NCBI GenBank assembly: GCA_963768425.1
Contig: CAVYHV010000003.1
Location: 1-34,640, forward strand
DNA from: Candidatus Bathyarchaeota archaeon
GTDB taxonomy: Archaea; Thermoproteota; Bathyarchaeia; Bathyarchaeales; Bathycorpusculaceae
DNA: 34,640 nucleotides
Direction of reading: 5' to 3'
A program made the position numbers and the translations under genes. The notes beneath the pieces are model-generated. The model was given only the letters and a program-made list of their open reading frames with translations, was not told where the DNA came from and made no database searches. Of the stretch, positions 9,902 to 18,682 are shown in pieces; position 1 is the stretch's first letter; every line of letters starts with the position of its first letter.

Positions 9902-10210
9902 CTCGGGCAATATCAAAGGTTAATAGGATTGAAGGTCAACCCCCAATCATGGGGTCCGAGCCTCTGCCCAAGACAATAGAAAAAGAAAAAATGAGAGTTG
10001 TCGGGACCCTCAGAAGATAAAGAAAAAAGGTGGCGGAGCGCCTTTGAGGGGGAAGAGAGAGAGTAAAAAGGTTTTTGCGCCCCGCCGCCCAGAAGAAAAA
10101 CCGCAGAAATCGTTGGGTTTACCGCAAAACCGAGAGGTCGCTCGAAAGCTTAAATACACATTCGTGTAAATTCGGAATTAAGGAAAAGCCCCGGGTTGGG
10201 CGCCCGGGGC
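9902..10210 (-). ncRNA. Candidate structured RNA or leader region
   Basis: Five stem-loops in an intergenic region; three contain a mismatch that becomes a G-U pair only on the minus strand. Confidence 0.35.
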
Positions 10211-10343
10211 AAAGTGGTGGCTGTAGTGTATCTACTAATAGAAAAATAGTGAGTGTGCTGTACATGGTAACTGAAGATTTGAAGAAACTGTTTAAAATCA
10301 AGTATCTGGATCAGGTACTGACCCAGCGTTAATCGCCCAAGAA

Positions 10344-11330
10344 ATGAATTTACCTGAAACCGAGCTACAACAACTAAGCACTGACTTAGATCAACACTTG
10401 ATCTCTGTGCTTCTTCCGTTGGCGCCGGAGCGGCAAAACCCCCTTAGTTTTGAAGGCCTCCAAAGGATCTGCCCCGAATGTTTGTTGCCTACCCTGATCT
10501 CCGACATTGAAAACGACGAAAAAGTCTGCAACAGTTGCGGCGCCGTCCTTCCCGAAAGCGGAACACCTGATGAAAATTTGCCTTTCGGCGAAGCCTTCAA
10601 GCCTACAAGCGATTTGGCCAGCGACCGCAGTTTAGGATCCTGTTTAACCGCGACGTTTACGCCGAAGGCCCAGTATGAATTCCAGAAAAAAAGCGGCAGC
10701 ACCAGCATGTCCCTTCGAGCATTCCAGAAACTGCATCCTGACTTAGCGCAGAAGCTAACTCAGGGGGAACCAGCCTACAACGGAGACTTCGCTTACCTGC
10801 TTGAAAAACCCGGCGACATCGTCTATTGGGCATCCAGCAAAGACATCGCCACTTACACACTTAACAAAAACCTCCTGTCGCATGGAGAACTCAAAGAAGT
10901 GTTCCACATGAATGATTTGCCACTGCGTTTCTACCGTTTCCGCATCTTGTCCTCAACCGAAAACCCAGAGTTGGATCAGCTTTTGAAGGAGGCATTCGGG
11001 CTCAGCATCCGCTACGGCCTCGGCGGCAGCAAAGTTTTCAACAATAATTTGGGACGCAACCTTCGCCGTGCATATTTGCTTGTGCGTGAACTGAGGCTTA
11101 AGGTGCCAAAACACAGTATTCCCGGAACAGCTTTCTACTACACTGTTGCAGTCGCCAACGATTTTAGCGGCCAAACTTTGAACATCACTTTAAACGCGGC
11201 GGCCGACAAGTTGGACAAAGACAGTTTTCTTGTTGCTGTCCTGATGCATTTTAACGAGTTGCTTTCCGATGTACGGAGGCTGGCTGAGCAGGAACCAAAA
11301 GCAGTTCTGCGCATGACTGCCAACCACTGA
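10344..11330 (+). CDS. Protein with TFIIB (TFB)-type zinc ribbon
   Basis: CPECLLPTLISDIENDEKVCNSCGAVL fits the TFB zinc-ribbon pattern; the remainder is not recognisably TFB. Confidence 0.6.
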   Translation: MNLPETELQQLSTDLDQHLISVLLPLAPERQNPLSFEGLQRICPECLLPTLISDIENDEKVCNSCGAVLPESGTPDENLPFGEAFKPTSDLASDRSLGSCLTATFTPKAQYEFQKKSGSTSMSLRAFQKLHPDLAQKLTQGEPAYNGDFAYLLEKPGDIVYWASSKDIATYTLNKNLLSHGELKEVFHMNDLPLRFYRFRILSSTENPELDQLLKEAFGLSIRYGLGGSKVFNNNLGRNLRRAYLLVRELRLKVPKHSIPGTAFYYTVAVANDFSGQTLNITLNAAADKLDKDSFLVAVLMHFNELLSDVRRLAEQEPKAVLRMTANH

Positions 11331-11496
11331 CAGCATTGGTGAATGGCAAAGGCTTTTCCATAGCTGGAAATGATAATCCGCCATTTGCAAACGTAAAGGA
11401 GAAAAACATGTTTGGACAGCCGTTTTTTGGCTGCTGACCTTTTTCAGAAAAAATTCATTTTCTCACTTTTTCAGCTAGCTTAAAAAAGCAGATTTT

Positions 11497-11643
11497 CTAC
11501 AATTTTTCTTTTTCTTCAAGCAATGCGTCTTCCAAATCGCTCAAAAGATTTAGAGCCGTTCTAGCGGCCAGCCAAGTCCTAAGGCAGTTTGAAAGGGAGC
11601 ACTCCCGATCGGCGTCGATTACGCGGCCGTCCGGGAGAGTCAT
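11497..11643 (-). CDS. Small hypothetical protein (48 aa)
   Basis: Read by hand: MTLPDGRVIDADRECSLSNCLRTWLAARTALNLLSDLEDALLEEKEKL. Confidence 0.35.
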   Translation of the reverse strand: MTLPDGRVIDADRECSLSNCLRTWLAARTALNLLSDLEDALLEEKEKL

Positions 11644-11688
11644 TGAAGACGCGCAGTCTTCAATAGAGAAAAAAAGATTTGTATCTTG

Positions 11689-11740
11689 GGTTCTGTGAAG
11701 TCTTAGGTTGATGGTTTTTGCTGTGAAAAGTCGGTTGATA
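11689..11740 (+). repeat. Left terminal inverted repeat of cargo transposon
   Basis: GGTTCTGTGAAGTCTTAGGTTGATGGTTTTTGCTGTGAAAAGTCGGTTGATA. Confidence 0.85.
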
Positions 11741-11744
11741 TTTT

Positions 11745-12662
11745 TTACGGGGTTTTATACGGAAAAGTACTTGGGAAATTAGGCAAGTTTGCTTGCCCTT
11801 TCTCAGACATTAGTTGTTCAATAAATTTTATAGATAGACGTTCAAATTGCTCTAAATTCCTTGTAACCTTATAACCCTCTTTGCTCTGAATTACACCTAG
11901 CGACTCCATTAGAGCTTTTTCCGCAAACACTCTTCGAGTGACATCACCAATCTTGGCTTTCAGCGCTTTTTTTTGCTCCTCTGATAATACCTTCCAAATA
12001 TAGTTAAACTTAGTCGCTAGAATATCGTCAAGAGCCACAAAACTGTTTTGTAGTTCTTCCAAGTTATCAATCATTGCCATCTTGTTGTTTTTTTGCAAGA
12101 TAGAGACAATGGTTCTAATGACATGTATAGCTATGTATGCTTGGTCATCCTCTTCTGAAAAAGGATAATATGAATATGGTTGTGTTTTTCCCTCTAAGCT
12201 AATTGGTTCCTTAAATAGTTCATTCAGCTTTTCAATCCGAAAATTGCCTTCTTTTTGTAAGATTGTATCATTAAATATCAAAGTCGGAAACACGGTGTTA
12301 ACTTGTTTAATTGCGAAATGGTTTTCCTCGAAATCACACAAACAAACATCCATTCTCAAATGAGCTTTATCGTAAACAGTAACCCATCGCAAATCACTCG
12401 GTTCAAGATTTGTATATCTCTCCAACTGTTCCTTCTTGATTGATGTTCCACCTTTCATCTCAAAAACAAGGGCATGTAAAAGTATGTTGGATGCGGCAAC
12501 AATATCGGGTTTAACATAACCATCGCCTTTTTCCGTATGCATGGTTTGTTCAATTATCTGAACTTCGTAACCCCATTTGTTAAGGATTGGAATCCATTGT
12601 TTGCTTTCTTTACACATACCGATGATGTAGTTCATCAGTATAGTATGCTTTGATGGTTGCAA
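11745..12662 (-). CDS. PD-(D/E)xK restriction-endonuclease-like protein
   Basis: VKPDIV...VFEMKGG...EQLERY active-site pattern; low-GC cargo. Confidence 0.65.
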   Translation of the reverse strand: MQPSKHTILMNYIIGMCKESKQWIPILNKWGYEVQIIEQTMHTEKGDGYVKPDIVAASNILLHALVFEMKGGTSIKKEQLERYTNLEPSDLRWVTVYDKAHLRMDVCLCDFEENHFAIKQVNTVFPTLIFNDTILQKEGNFRIEKLNELFKEPISLEGKTQPYSYYPFSEEDDQAYIAIHVIRTIVSILQKNNKMAMIDNLEELQNSFVALDDILATKFNYIWKVLSEEQKKALKAKIGDVTRRVFAEKALMESLGVIQSKEGYKVTRNLEQFERLSIKFIEQLMSEKGQANLPNFPSTFPYKTP

Positions 12663-12677
12663 TTTGTTTTCCTCGGT

Positions 12678-13826
12678 TTATTCGCCCTCTGGCTCCTCTT
12701 CTTCGTTTAATCTAACTTTAGAATCGTAATAGTGTTGAAGATTTGTGAATAACCTTAGTATAGTGTTACCGCAAGAATTTGCTGGCAAATAGACCCTCAG
12801 AAGATAAGGAGTAATTTCCATATCTATAGAATCACCTGTGTGCAAATCAACGCCAAAAACCTGATAGACATTATTCACCAACTTGTTTTTGAGTCCCCAA
12901 ATACGGAAAGGTTGCTTACAGTTCAGAAGAACATCAAGGAACTGGGGAATACTAAGTATTTCACGGTCAAAGTTAAAATCGAAAGCTCGTCCTTCAATCA
13001 ATGTTCGCCCTTCTACATCTTTTATCCCCAGACTGTTTCGTTCAATGGATTCTATGAGATTACGATATTTTTTAGTGGTAATCTCAATCAAACTAGTATA
13101 AGCATCTATCGAACTACCGCCTCTTGCGCTAAAACGTCCATCATATGCTAGTTCATCATAAACGAAATCCTGTTTGTCTCCCCTTTTAACTCGAATGACT
13201 GATGTTGCAAGGGAATTTTTGAGACGTTTTTCGGTTGAAAGGGCATTTAAGGCAACCATTGAACTTGAACCTGATACACGCATTGTCAATTCTTCAAGTG
13301 CCCTTTCCTCTTGGTCAAGTTCGAAAAAATCAACATAGTCTAACCCAAACCCTCTAAACTCGTTTCTCGGTAAATCTCGAATTTCATGCATCATGTGTTT
13401 AGGGAGCCAAATTTTGTCAAAAGTTGCTTTGGGTGAATAAACCAACTTGTCATAAAGCTGCCTTGCATCCTCAGCTAGAGCGTTTGTATGTAATAACCAG
13501 AATCTTTGATCTGACATATCTACCAAAAATCTTGCTGATTTCGGATTCGTTTTCGCTGTGGTAGCCAATGTAATCCATGTTACATCACGCAGTCCCGTAT
13601 CTACTGGTTGTATAAGAACATCAAGTGACTCTCTATTGCTAGGTAAACCTCGGTTTGCTTCCATTACGTAAGTCTTTAAAAGTCGTGGTCTGCCTCTTGT
13701 TTCACCAAATAATTCCTCGCTTTCCTCCTCATCTTCGGCAGTTACCATCATTCCCATGAGATAATCCATGTACTCTTTTCTTGTCTCGAACTTGGGTAAT
13801 GAAGAGGTTTCAGTTTCGCTCGTCAA
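12678..13826 (-). CDS. Uncharacterised 382 aa protein, operonic partner of the nuclease
   Basis: Long intact ORF ending 15 bp before the nuclease; motif-like segments PFRIWG, VDLHTG, SCGNTILRLFTNLQHYYD. Confidence 0.75.
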   Translation of the reverse strand: MTSETETSSLPKFETRKEYMDYLMGMMVTAEDEEESEELFGETRGRPRLLKTYVMEANRGLPSNRESLDVLIQPVDTGLRDVTWITLATTAKTNPKSARFLVDMSDQRFWLLHTNALAEDARQLYDKLVYSPKATFDKIWLPKHMMHEIRDLPRNEFRGFGLDYVDFFELDQEERALEELTMRVSGSSSMVALNALSTEKRLKNSLATSVIRVKRGDKQDFVYDELAYDGRFSARGGSSIDAYTSLIEITTKKYRNLIESIERNSLGIKDVEGRTLIEGRAFDFNFDREILSIPQFLDVLLNCKQPFRIWGLKNKLVNNVYQVFGVDLHTGDSIDMEITPYLLRVYLPANSCGNTILRLFTNLQHYYDSKVRLNEEEEPEGE

Positions 13827-13863
13827 ATTTCACCTTGTTACCTATGGCGAGGATTGCAACTAC

Positions 13864-14037
13864 TTATTTTGTCTTCTCCTTACTCTTAATATTTTGCATA
13901 TATTCTCTTAGCGCAGTCTCTATTTCTTCGCTTCCTTTTCGCCCTTTACCTGTTTTGCCTATAACAAAGATTTGCCACTCTTTCCAAAGGTTTTCATCAA
14001 TCGTTATTGAGGTTTTTATCCTTGCCATTTTTACCAT
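13864..14037 (-). CDS. Ribbon-helix-helix regulator (57 aa)
   Basis: Read by hand: MVKMARIKTSITIDENLWKEWQIFVIGKTGKGRKGSEEIETALREYMQNIKSKEKTK. Confidence 0.75.
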   Translation of the reverse strand: MVKMARIKTSITIDENLWKEWQIFVIGKTGKGRKGSEEIETALREYMQNIKSKEKTK

Positions 14038-14044
14038 TTATCAC

Positions 14045-14126
14045 TATACCGTTATCGGTATAAATGCTTTACGGTATAACGGTAAAGAATAAATAACACG
14101 AATACCTTTATACCTATAACGGTATA
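14045..14126. promoter_or_regulatory. Repeated (A)CGGTATA operator-like motifs
   Basis: TATACCG-TTAT-CGGTATA palindrome at 14045-14062, ACGGTATAACGGTAAA at 14071-14086, TATAACGGTATA at 14115-14126. Confidence 0.6.
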
Positions 14127-14127
14127 A

Positions 14128-14340
14128 GGGGAAATCCGTGACCGCGAAAAGACTATGAGAGGGCTAAAGACAGATACTACCGCTATACTCAAAGGATACC
14201 AAATCTTCCACAATTACATCCGACCCCATGAGGCATTAGACGGCAAAACCCCAGCCGACGCATGCGGTATCACGATTGAAGGCGAAAACAAATGGAAAAC
14301 TTTAATCCAAAACGCAAGCAAAGCAAAAACTAAAAACTAG
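14128..14340 (+). pseudogene. C-terminal remnant of a DDE (IS6-like/integrase-core) transposase
   Basis: GEIRDREKTMRGLK...YQIFHNYIRPHEALDGKTPA; in-frame stop immediately upstream, so the N-terminal part is missing. Confidence 0.8.
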
Positions 14341-14405
14341 ATACTGTTAAGTCTTTTGTCATGAATCCTTTTAAGTAGTTTTGGGGGAACTTCTCTTTGA
14401 AAATG

Positions 14406-14744
14406 TTAATGACGCCACACTACCTCTAGTATTTGCCACAAAATTGTTACGAAAATTATCGCAATACCAAGGTTCATCATAAAAGCAATTGCGATACCCC
14501 AAGGGATGCCCGCAAGCGGAAACGATGGCACAGGTCCCGAACTTGGACCAGTAAAGGAATATTGAATATATGTGTACACTACCTTTCCGAGGAAAGTGAC
14601 AACGAACCCTTGCGACCAAGTGGAATTTCCTGCACCCGTATCCGTTACTGTAAATATGTTGTGGCACCCTGCTGGAACCTCCAAGGAAGTCATCGGTAAA
14701 GCTAATATTATCCCTACCAGCAAAACGAAAACGAAAGCTCTCAT
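14406..14744 (-). CDS. Small secreted/membrane-anchored protein (transposon cargo)
   Basis: Signal-like N-terminus MRAFVFVLLVGIILAL and C-terminal hydrophobic helix. Confidence 0.55.
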   Translation of the reverse strand: MRAFVFVLLVGIILALPMTSLEVPAGCHNIFTVTDTGAGNSTWSQGFVVTFLGKVVYTYIQYSFTGPSSGPVPSFPLAGIPWGIAIAFMMNLGIAIIFVTILWQILEVVWRH

Positions 14745-14815
14745 TCTTGCCCAGACCAAGACTGTCAGTAGTTTTCCAGAGAATAGTTAAGGGCATCCAA
14801 TAAAGATTTTACGAT

Positions 14816-14868
14816 CATCAACCGAATATTCACATGAATGCTATTTCAACCGAGAACTTCACAGAACC
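14816..14868 (-). repeat. Right terminal inverted repeat of cargo transposon
   Basis: Reverse complement reads GGTTCTGTGAAGTTCTCGGTTGAAATAGCATTCATGTGAATATTCGGTTGATG. Confidence 0.85.
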
Positions 14869-14913
14869 GTATTTTGTTGTTTTGTTATTTTGCTAACATT
14901 TTATATTAGTCTC

Positions 14914-15278
14914 TTGAGGGAAAACATTCGACTCAAGACTCTGAAAACGCTGAAAAAGCAACTGAACCGTTTAACACTCGACTGCCTAAAACTCTTCACA
15001 CCGCCGTCGAAGTCCAAGCTGCAAGAGACGACTCGTCCCTTCAGAAGCTTTCACATGGCGCCTACAGGCTTTATCTCTACATCAGGGAAAACGAAGACTG
15101 GAAAGACATACCTGAAGTGCAGAAGAAAAAGGAAATCGAGAAGAAAACAATGTCGCTGCGTTGTCTTCTTGCTGCTAGAAATGACTTGGCTAAGCAAGGC
15201 ATGGATGTATCCTGGCTAGACGTGGGCGTACAGAAAACCGAGGTGTTCCTGCTTAAAAAATTGGAGCTGCCGGCATGA
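14914..15278 (+). CDS. RHH/HicB-like DNA-binding protein, start probably frameshifted
   Basis: Open frame 14910-15278 encodes PFNTRLPKTLHTAVEVQAARDDSSLQKL and ends with an ATGA overlap on the next gene; TTG at 14914 is one base out of frame. Confidence 0.55.
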
Positions 15279-15760
15279 ACAAGTCACTGCTTCTTGTTCT
15301 GCTTGCAGTCTCCGCAGCAGCGTTCAGTTTCTGTGGAGTCTTCTTCATCTTCCAGAAATCCCCGGTCTTAGCGGACTGCAGTTTACTCGGGTTATTTATC
15401 AGTGCAGTCTCAACGGTGACGGCGACCAGTTTTATCTGCCGCGGCATGCCCTCGGAAAAGTCGGAAAAGAAGAAGGCGGCGCCGAAAAATCCGCAGGTTA
15501 AGCCGGCGTCTGAAGCCGTTGAACCTGAGTCCGAGCCAAAATTGCGCAGCACGATGCTTAAGGCCTCTGTGCTGTTAGAGGGCGCAACCGTTCTGTTTGA
15601 TGAGTCACAACTGGATCAGGTGGCTCAGATAGTGGTAGATCGCAGCAGCCAGCTTCGGCTGCAGATCATGCCTGAAACTAAACCTACTGATGTGGCGCCT
15701 GAAAAAGTTGAAGCCCCTCAGCAACCTGCAGAAACAGAGCAAGAAAGCAGAACCGGCTGA
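15275..15760 (+). CDS. Membrane protein (two N-terminal helices)
   Basis: Two hydrophobic segments followed by a charged, Pro-rich tail. Confidence 0.7.
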   Translation: MNKSLLLVLLAVSAAAFSFCGVFFIFQKSPVLADCSLLGLFISAVSTVTATSFICRGMPSEKSEKKKAAPKNPQVKPASEAVEPESEPKLRSTMLKASVLLEGATVLFDESQLDQVAQIVVDRSSQLRLQIMPETKPTDVAPEKVEAPQQPAETEQESRTG

Positions 15761-15801
15761 AAAGACGCCTCTACCCCTGGTTATGCATAGGAGAACCAAC
15801 A

Positions 15802-16068
15802 ATGACTGAAAAAGCTAAGAAACCCGTTGCATCCAACAGAAACCTTCACAGTGGATCCGTAATCGCGTCAACAATCCTGTTTTTCGCAGCGTTAGCTGCC
15901 TTAACATTGTCTTCTATTCTGTACCCTGGCGTTTCCCTGTTTAGCCTGCAGAACCCAATGTTCTTTCCAATCTGGGGATTAGCTGGCTGCACATCAGCAA
16001 CCGCGCTGGTTGCCGAAGGCTCTGCAGTAAAAGCGCCCAAACCGGAGGAGGCTTCTAAAGTTGAGTAA
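15802..16068 (+). CDS. Small two-helix membrane protein
   Basis: AGGAGA RBS; 88 aa with two hydrophobic segments. Confidence 0.7.
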   Translation: MTEKAKKPVASNRNLHSGSVIASTILFFAALAALTLSSILYPGVSLFSLQNPMFFPIWGLAGCTSATALVAEGSAVKAPKPEEASKVE

Positions 16069-16741
16069 GAAAGCTACCACGTTGATTTTGCTTCTCTGCC
16101 TAAGCTGCTTATCAACAGCTTTAGTAAATGCGCAGTTGCTTTCGCCCTCAGCGCCGTCAATTTACCCCGTGAGTTTCCCAAACTTTGACATGTACGCGCC
16201 AGCCGAAATCGTCGTTACCTACACATACACTCAGAGCTACCAGGTGACTGTATCCGACTTTGGCCAAACCCTGCATCAAGAGCTCAGCAGCCCAACATCA
16301 ATGACTTTCAACACGACCGCCGACGACGTCTACAACATCACCTTCGCAGTAAACTACGACGTCTACGTCAACCAAACAGTCGCGGTAAGCCTCTTCGAAA
16401 CGGGACTTGGCGTCGCCAAAACCATGGAGCTCGGCATGGACAGCAAAGGCTTCATCATCAACATGATCGTAAGCACAAGCACTCCCCCGACGTTTCCCAA
16501 CGCAAACCAGATCGCCCAGCAAATCAGCGCCCTATTCACCAACCAAGTTAACATGCTGCAGAGCAGCAACAACAACACCATAAACAGCGTTATGACCGCT
16601 GTAACCTTCAGCTGCGCGCTCTCAGCAATAGCCATCGGCATAACAGTCGGCGTTCTGCTGCTGTTTATGCGTGGAGCCGTCAAAAAAGCGAAAATCGACT
16701 CTTTGCTACATAAGAAACCTGACGGAGGCAAGCAGGCATGA
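16061..16741 (+). CDS. Secreted, C-terminally anchored surface glycoprotein
   Basis: Signal peptide, beta-rich ectodomain with NTT/NIT/NQT/NNT sequons, C-terminal TM and basic tail. Confidence 0.75.
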   Translation: MSKKATTLILLLCLSCLSTALVNAQLLSPSAPSIYPVSFPNFDMYAPAEIVVTYTYTQSYQVTVSDFGQTLHQELSSPTSMTFNTTADDVYNITFAVNYDVYVNQTVAVSLFETGLGVAKTMELGMDSKGFIINMIVSTSTPPTFPNANQIAQQISALFTNQVNMLQSSNNNTINSVMTAVTFSCALSAIAIGITVGVLLLFMRGAVKKAKIDSLLHKKPDGGKQA

Positions 16742-17826
16742 TGTGGTTCATCAGCTTCATGACTTACTTCGGCGTAACCGTGATGGTGGCCCTTATGGGC
16801 TTAATCTTTTTTGTTTGGTATCGGCAACGAGCAGCGCCCGGTCCAGGCGTAGTCCTCGGCGAATACGAGGTAATCGGTTGCTACGCCGGCCAAAAAATCC
16901 ACACGCGAATAAAAGGCATGATGGTTGACGCAACCAGTTTTTTCTGTGCCTCAGACCTAACAGAACCTTTCAAGGACCTACTGTACGGCGACATCGACCG
17001 TTTAATCACCAAAAAACCCGCTGAGAAAGCTCCCGTGGAAGACGACAACGAGAAGCCTGAACAGATGAAACCGGATCCTGCATTAGCTGCGGAACAAGGC
17101 ATGCTTGAAAAAATCAAGAAGCAACTTAAAACTTTTCCCCTCGACAAGATCGCCACAGTAGCCATTATCCGCAACGGAGTTTTCGGCGAGAGACACTTAC
17201 TCATAAAATTCGACGAAATCAACGGTAATGGACCGCGCAGCCTCACCGATTACGCGAGCAACGAGGAAGAAAGCCACTTCACATTTGCCTTCGGACCCGT
17301 AAACAAAGGCCTCATCAAAGGCCGAATGCAAACTTTAACCGAGCCCTGGGAGTTTTCAAACGAACGTTTTCCACTTGGCGACTTCCCCGTTGGCACCGTC
17401 CACGTTCTTGTACCTGACGACCCAGTTACCAACCAAAAAAACGAAAAAACCGAAAAAGCCGCCTGGAACCTTAACGCTGCCAAACTGCTTCTCCACGTGC
17501 CAAACGTAGTTCGCCAACAAGAACACATGAAGAGCATCATGCAGCAAGTGAAAGACAAAGACTTCGCCCTCGCCCAAATGGGCGTTAAATACTCTGCGCT
17601 GGCAACAGAAACAGATGTGCTCCGCAGAGCAGTTAAAGGCTTCATGACTGAAGGCCAGAAACTTGAAGACTTGTTTCCGAAGAAACTTGACGTGCTGGAT
17701 TGGCTTTGCATCGGATTGTTCCCAACCGTGGGCTGGGCTGCTGCAGGCGCCCTGGGCATAACCTCTTTAGTAGGCGTAATCGTCGGCGAAGCATGCGCAG
17801 GATTCATTATTTACTGGCGGAAGTAG
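16738..17826 (+). CDS. Membrane protein with N- and C-terminal TM helices
   Basis: Hydrophobic N-terminus, coiled-coil-like segment, two C-terminal hydrophobic helices; ATGA coupling. Confidence 0.75.
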   Translation: MMWFISFMTYFGVTVMVALMGLIFFVWYRQRAAPGPGVVLGEYEVIGCYAGQKIHTRIKGMMVDATSFFCASDLTEPFKDLLYGDIDRLITKKPAEKAPVEDDNEKPEQMKPDPALAAEQGMLEKIKKQLKTFPLDKIATVAIIRNGVFGERHLLIKFDEINGNGPRSLTDYASNEEESHFTFAFGPVNKGLIKGRMQTLTEPWEFSNERFPLGDFPVGTVHVLVPDDPVTNQKNEKTEKAAWNLNAAKLLLHVPNVVRQQEHMKSIMQQVKDKDFALAQMGVKYSALATETDVLRRAVKGFMTEGQKLEDLFPKKLDVLDWLCIGLFPTVGWAAAGALGITSLVGVIVGEACAGFIIYWRK

Positions 17827-17836
17827 AGGCTGAACC

Positions 17837-18682
17837 ATGTCTTATGAAACCTACACGTACCAGGGCCAGCTGGACCAGCTTAAAAAAAACCGAGAAGACA
17901 TGATTGACGCTCACAAGCAAGCCCGCGAATTCATTAATGGACCGAAATTCATTGATCCATCTAACCTCTTGCCAAACAAGAAAACTTTTGACGACTTGAT
18001 ATCGAAGCTCGAGGCGCACCTGATAACTTTAACTGAGGAAACACAGCAGCCGATGCCTACTGTACCCGGAGGCAACCAGCAGATCCTGCCTTTCCCCGGA
18101 TCACCAAACGAAAACGGCGGTAACCGCCAAACAACATTAGACGAACACTTAAACGGGTCCGCCGCTGCATCATCCGGCTTCAGCCTCCCAAAAGTAATCG
18201 CGTTAAGCGTAGCCTTCGTCATATCAGGTTTGCTTGCGTGGAGCCACGTGATTCCGCCAGACTGGTTCGCAGGTGTACTGATAGTCGGCTTCGTTTTCCT
18301 CTTCTTTGACCAAATAAAAACCACGTTCGTCGACTTCTTCAACAAAACCAAGGAGCACGAGGAAACAACCCGGTCTAACCAACTTGAAAACTGGATCACT
18401 GAAAGCTTCCAGTGGATCCGCGAGAGATACACAAGCGCCGTCCTGCTTGTGCAGATACAGACAAACAGCAAAAAAACGTTGCCTGACGAATGGGCGTTGC
18501 CTGACACAGCCGAAGTCCTCAACAACCGGTCAATCTACTTCACAACAACGTTGCCCACTGAATTTCTAACGCGCATCGACAGAATCATAATAAGCTGCGA
18601 AAAAAACGTTTGGACCCGGCAACAAGTGCTAATTAACGCTATCGCAGTGACGAAGTCGGCGGCGGCCAGAGGGCCGACGTAA
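17837..18682 (+). CDS. Membrane protein with central TM hairpin
   Basis: VIALSVAFVISGLLAW and WFAGVLIVGFVFLFF helices; stop overlaps ATPase start. Confidence 0.75.
   Translation: MSYETYTYQGQLDQLKKNREDMIDAHKQAREFINGPKFIDPSNLLPNKKTFDDLISKLEAHLITLTEETQQPMPTVPGGNQQILPFPGSPNENGGNRQTTLDEHLNGSAAASSGFSLPKVIALSVAFVISGLLAWSHVIPPDWFAGVLIVGFVFLFFDQIKTTFVDFFNKTKEHEETTRSNQLENWITESFQWIRERYTSAVLLVQIQTNSKKTLPDEWALPDTAEVLNNRSIYFTTTLPTEFLTRIDRIIISCEKNVWTRQQVLINAIAVTKSAAARGPT

Larger units (their letters stand above)
11689..14868. mobile_element. Non-autonomous IS6-type cargo transposon (3180 bp)
   Basis: Both ends begin GGTTCTGTGAAGT and contain two TGTGAA-N3/4-(TC)GGTTGA units; flanks GTATCTTG (11681-11688) and GTATTTTG (14869-14876); low-GC interior; DDE transposase remnant. 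Confidence 0.85.

Noticed and set aside
14890-15219. 109 aa ORF from the track as the real gene
   Set aside because: The alternative frame has a recognisable DNA-binding pattern and couples to the next gene.
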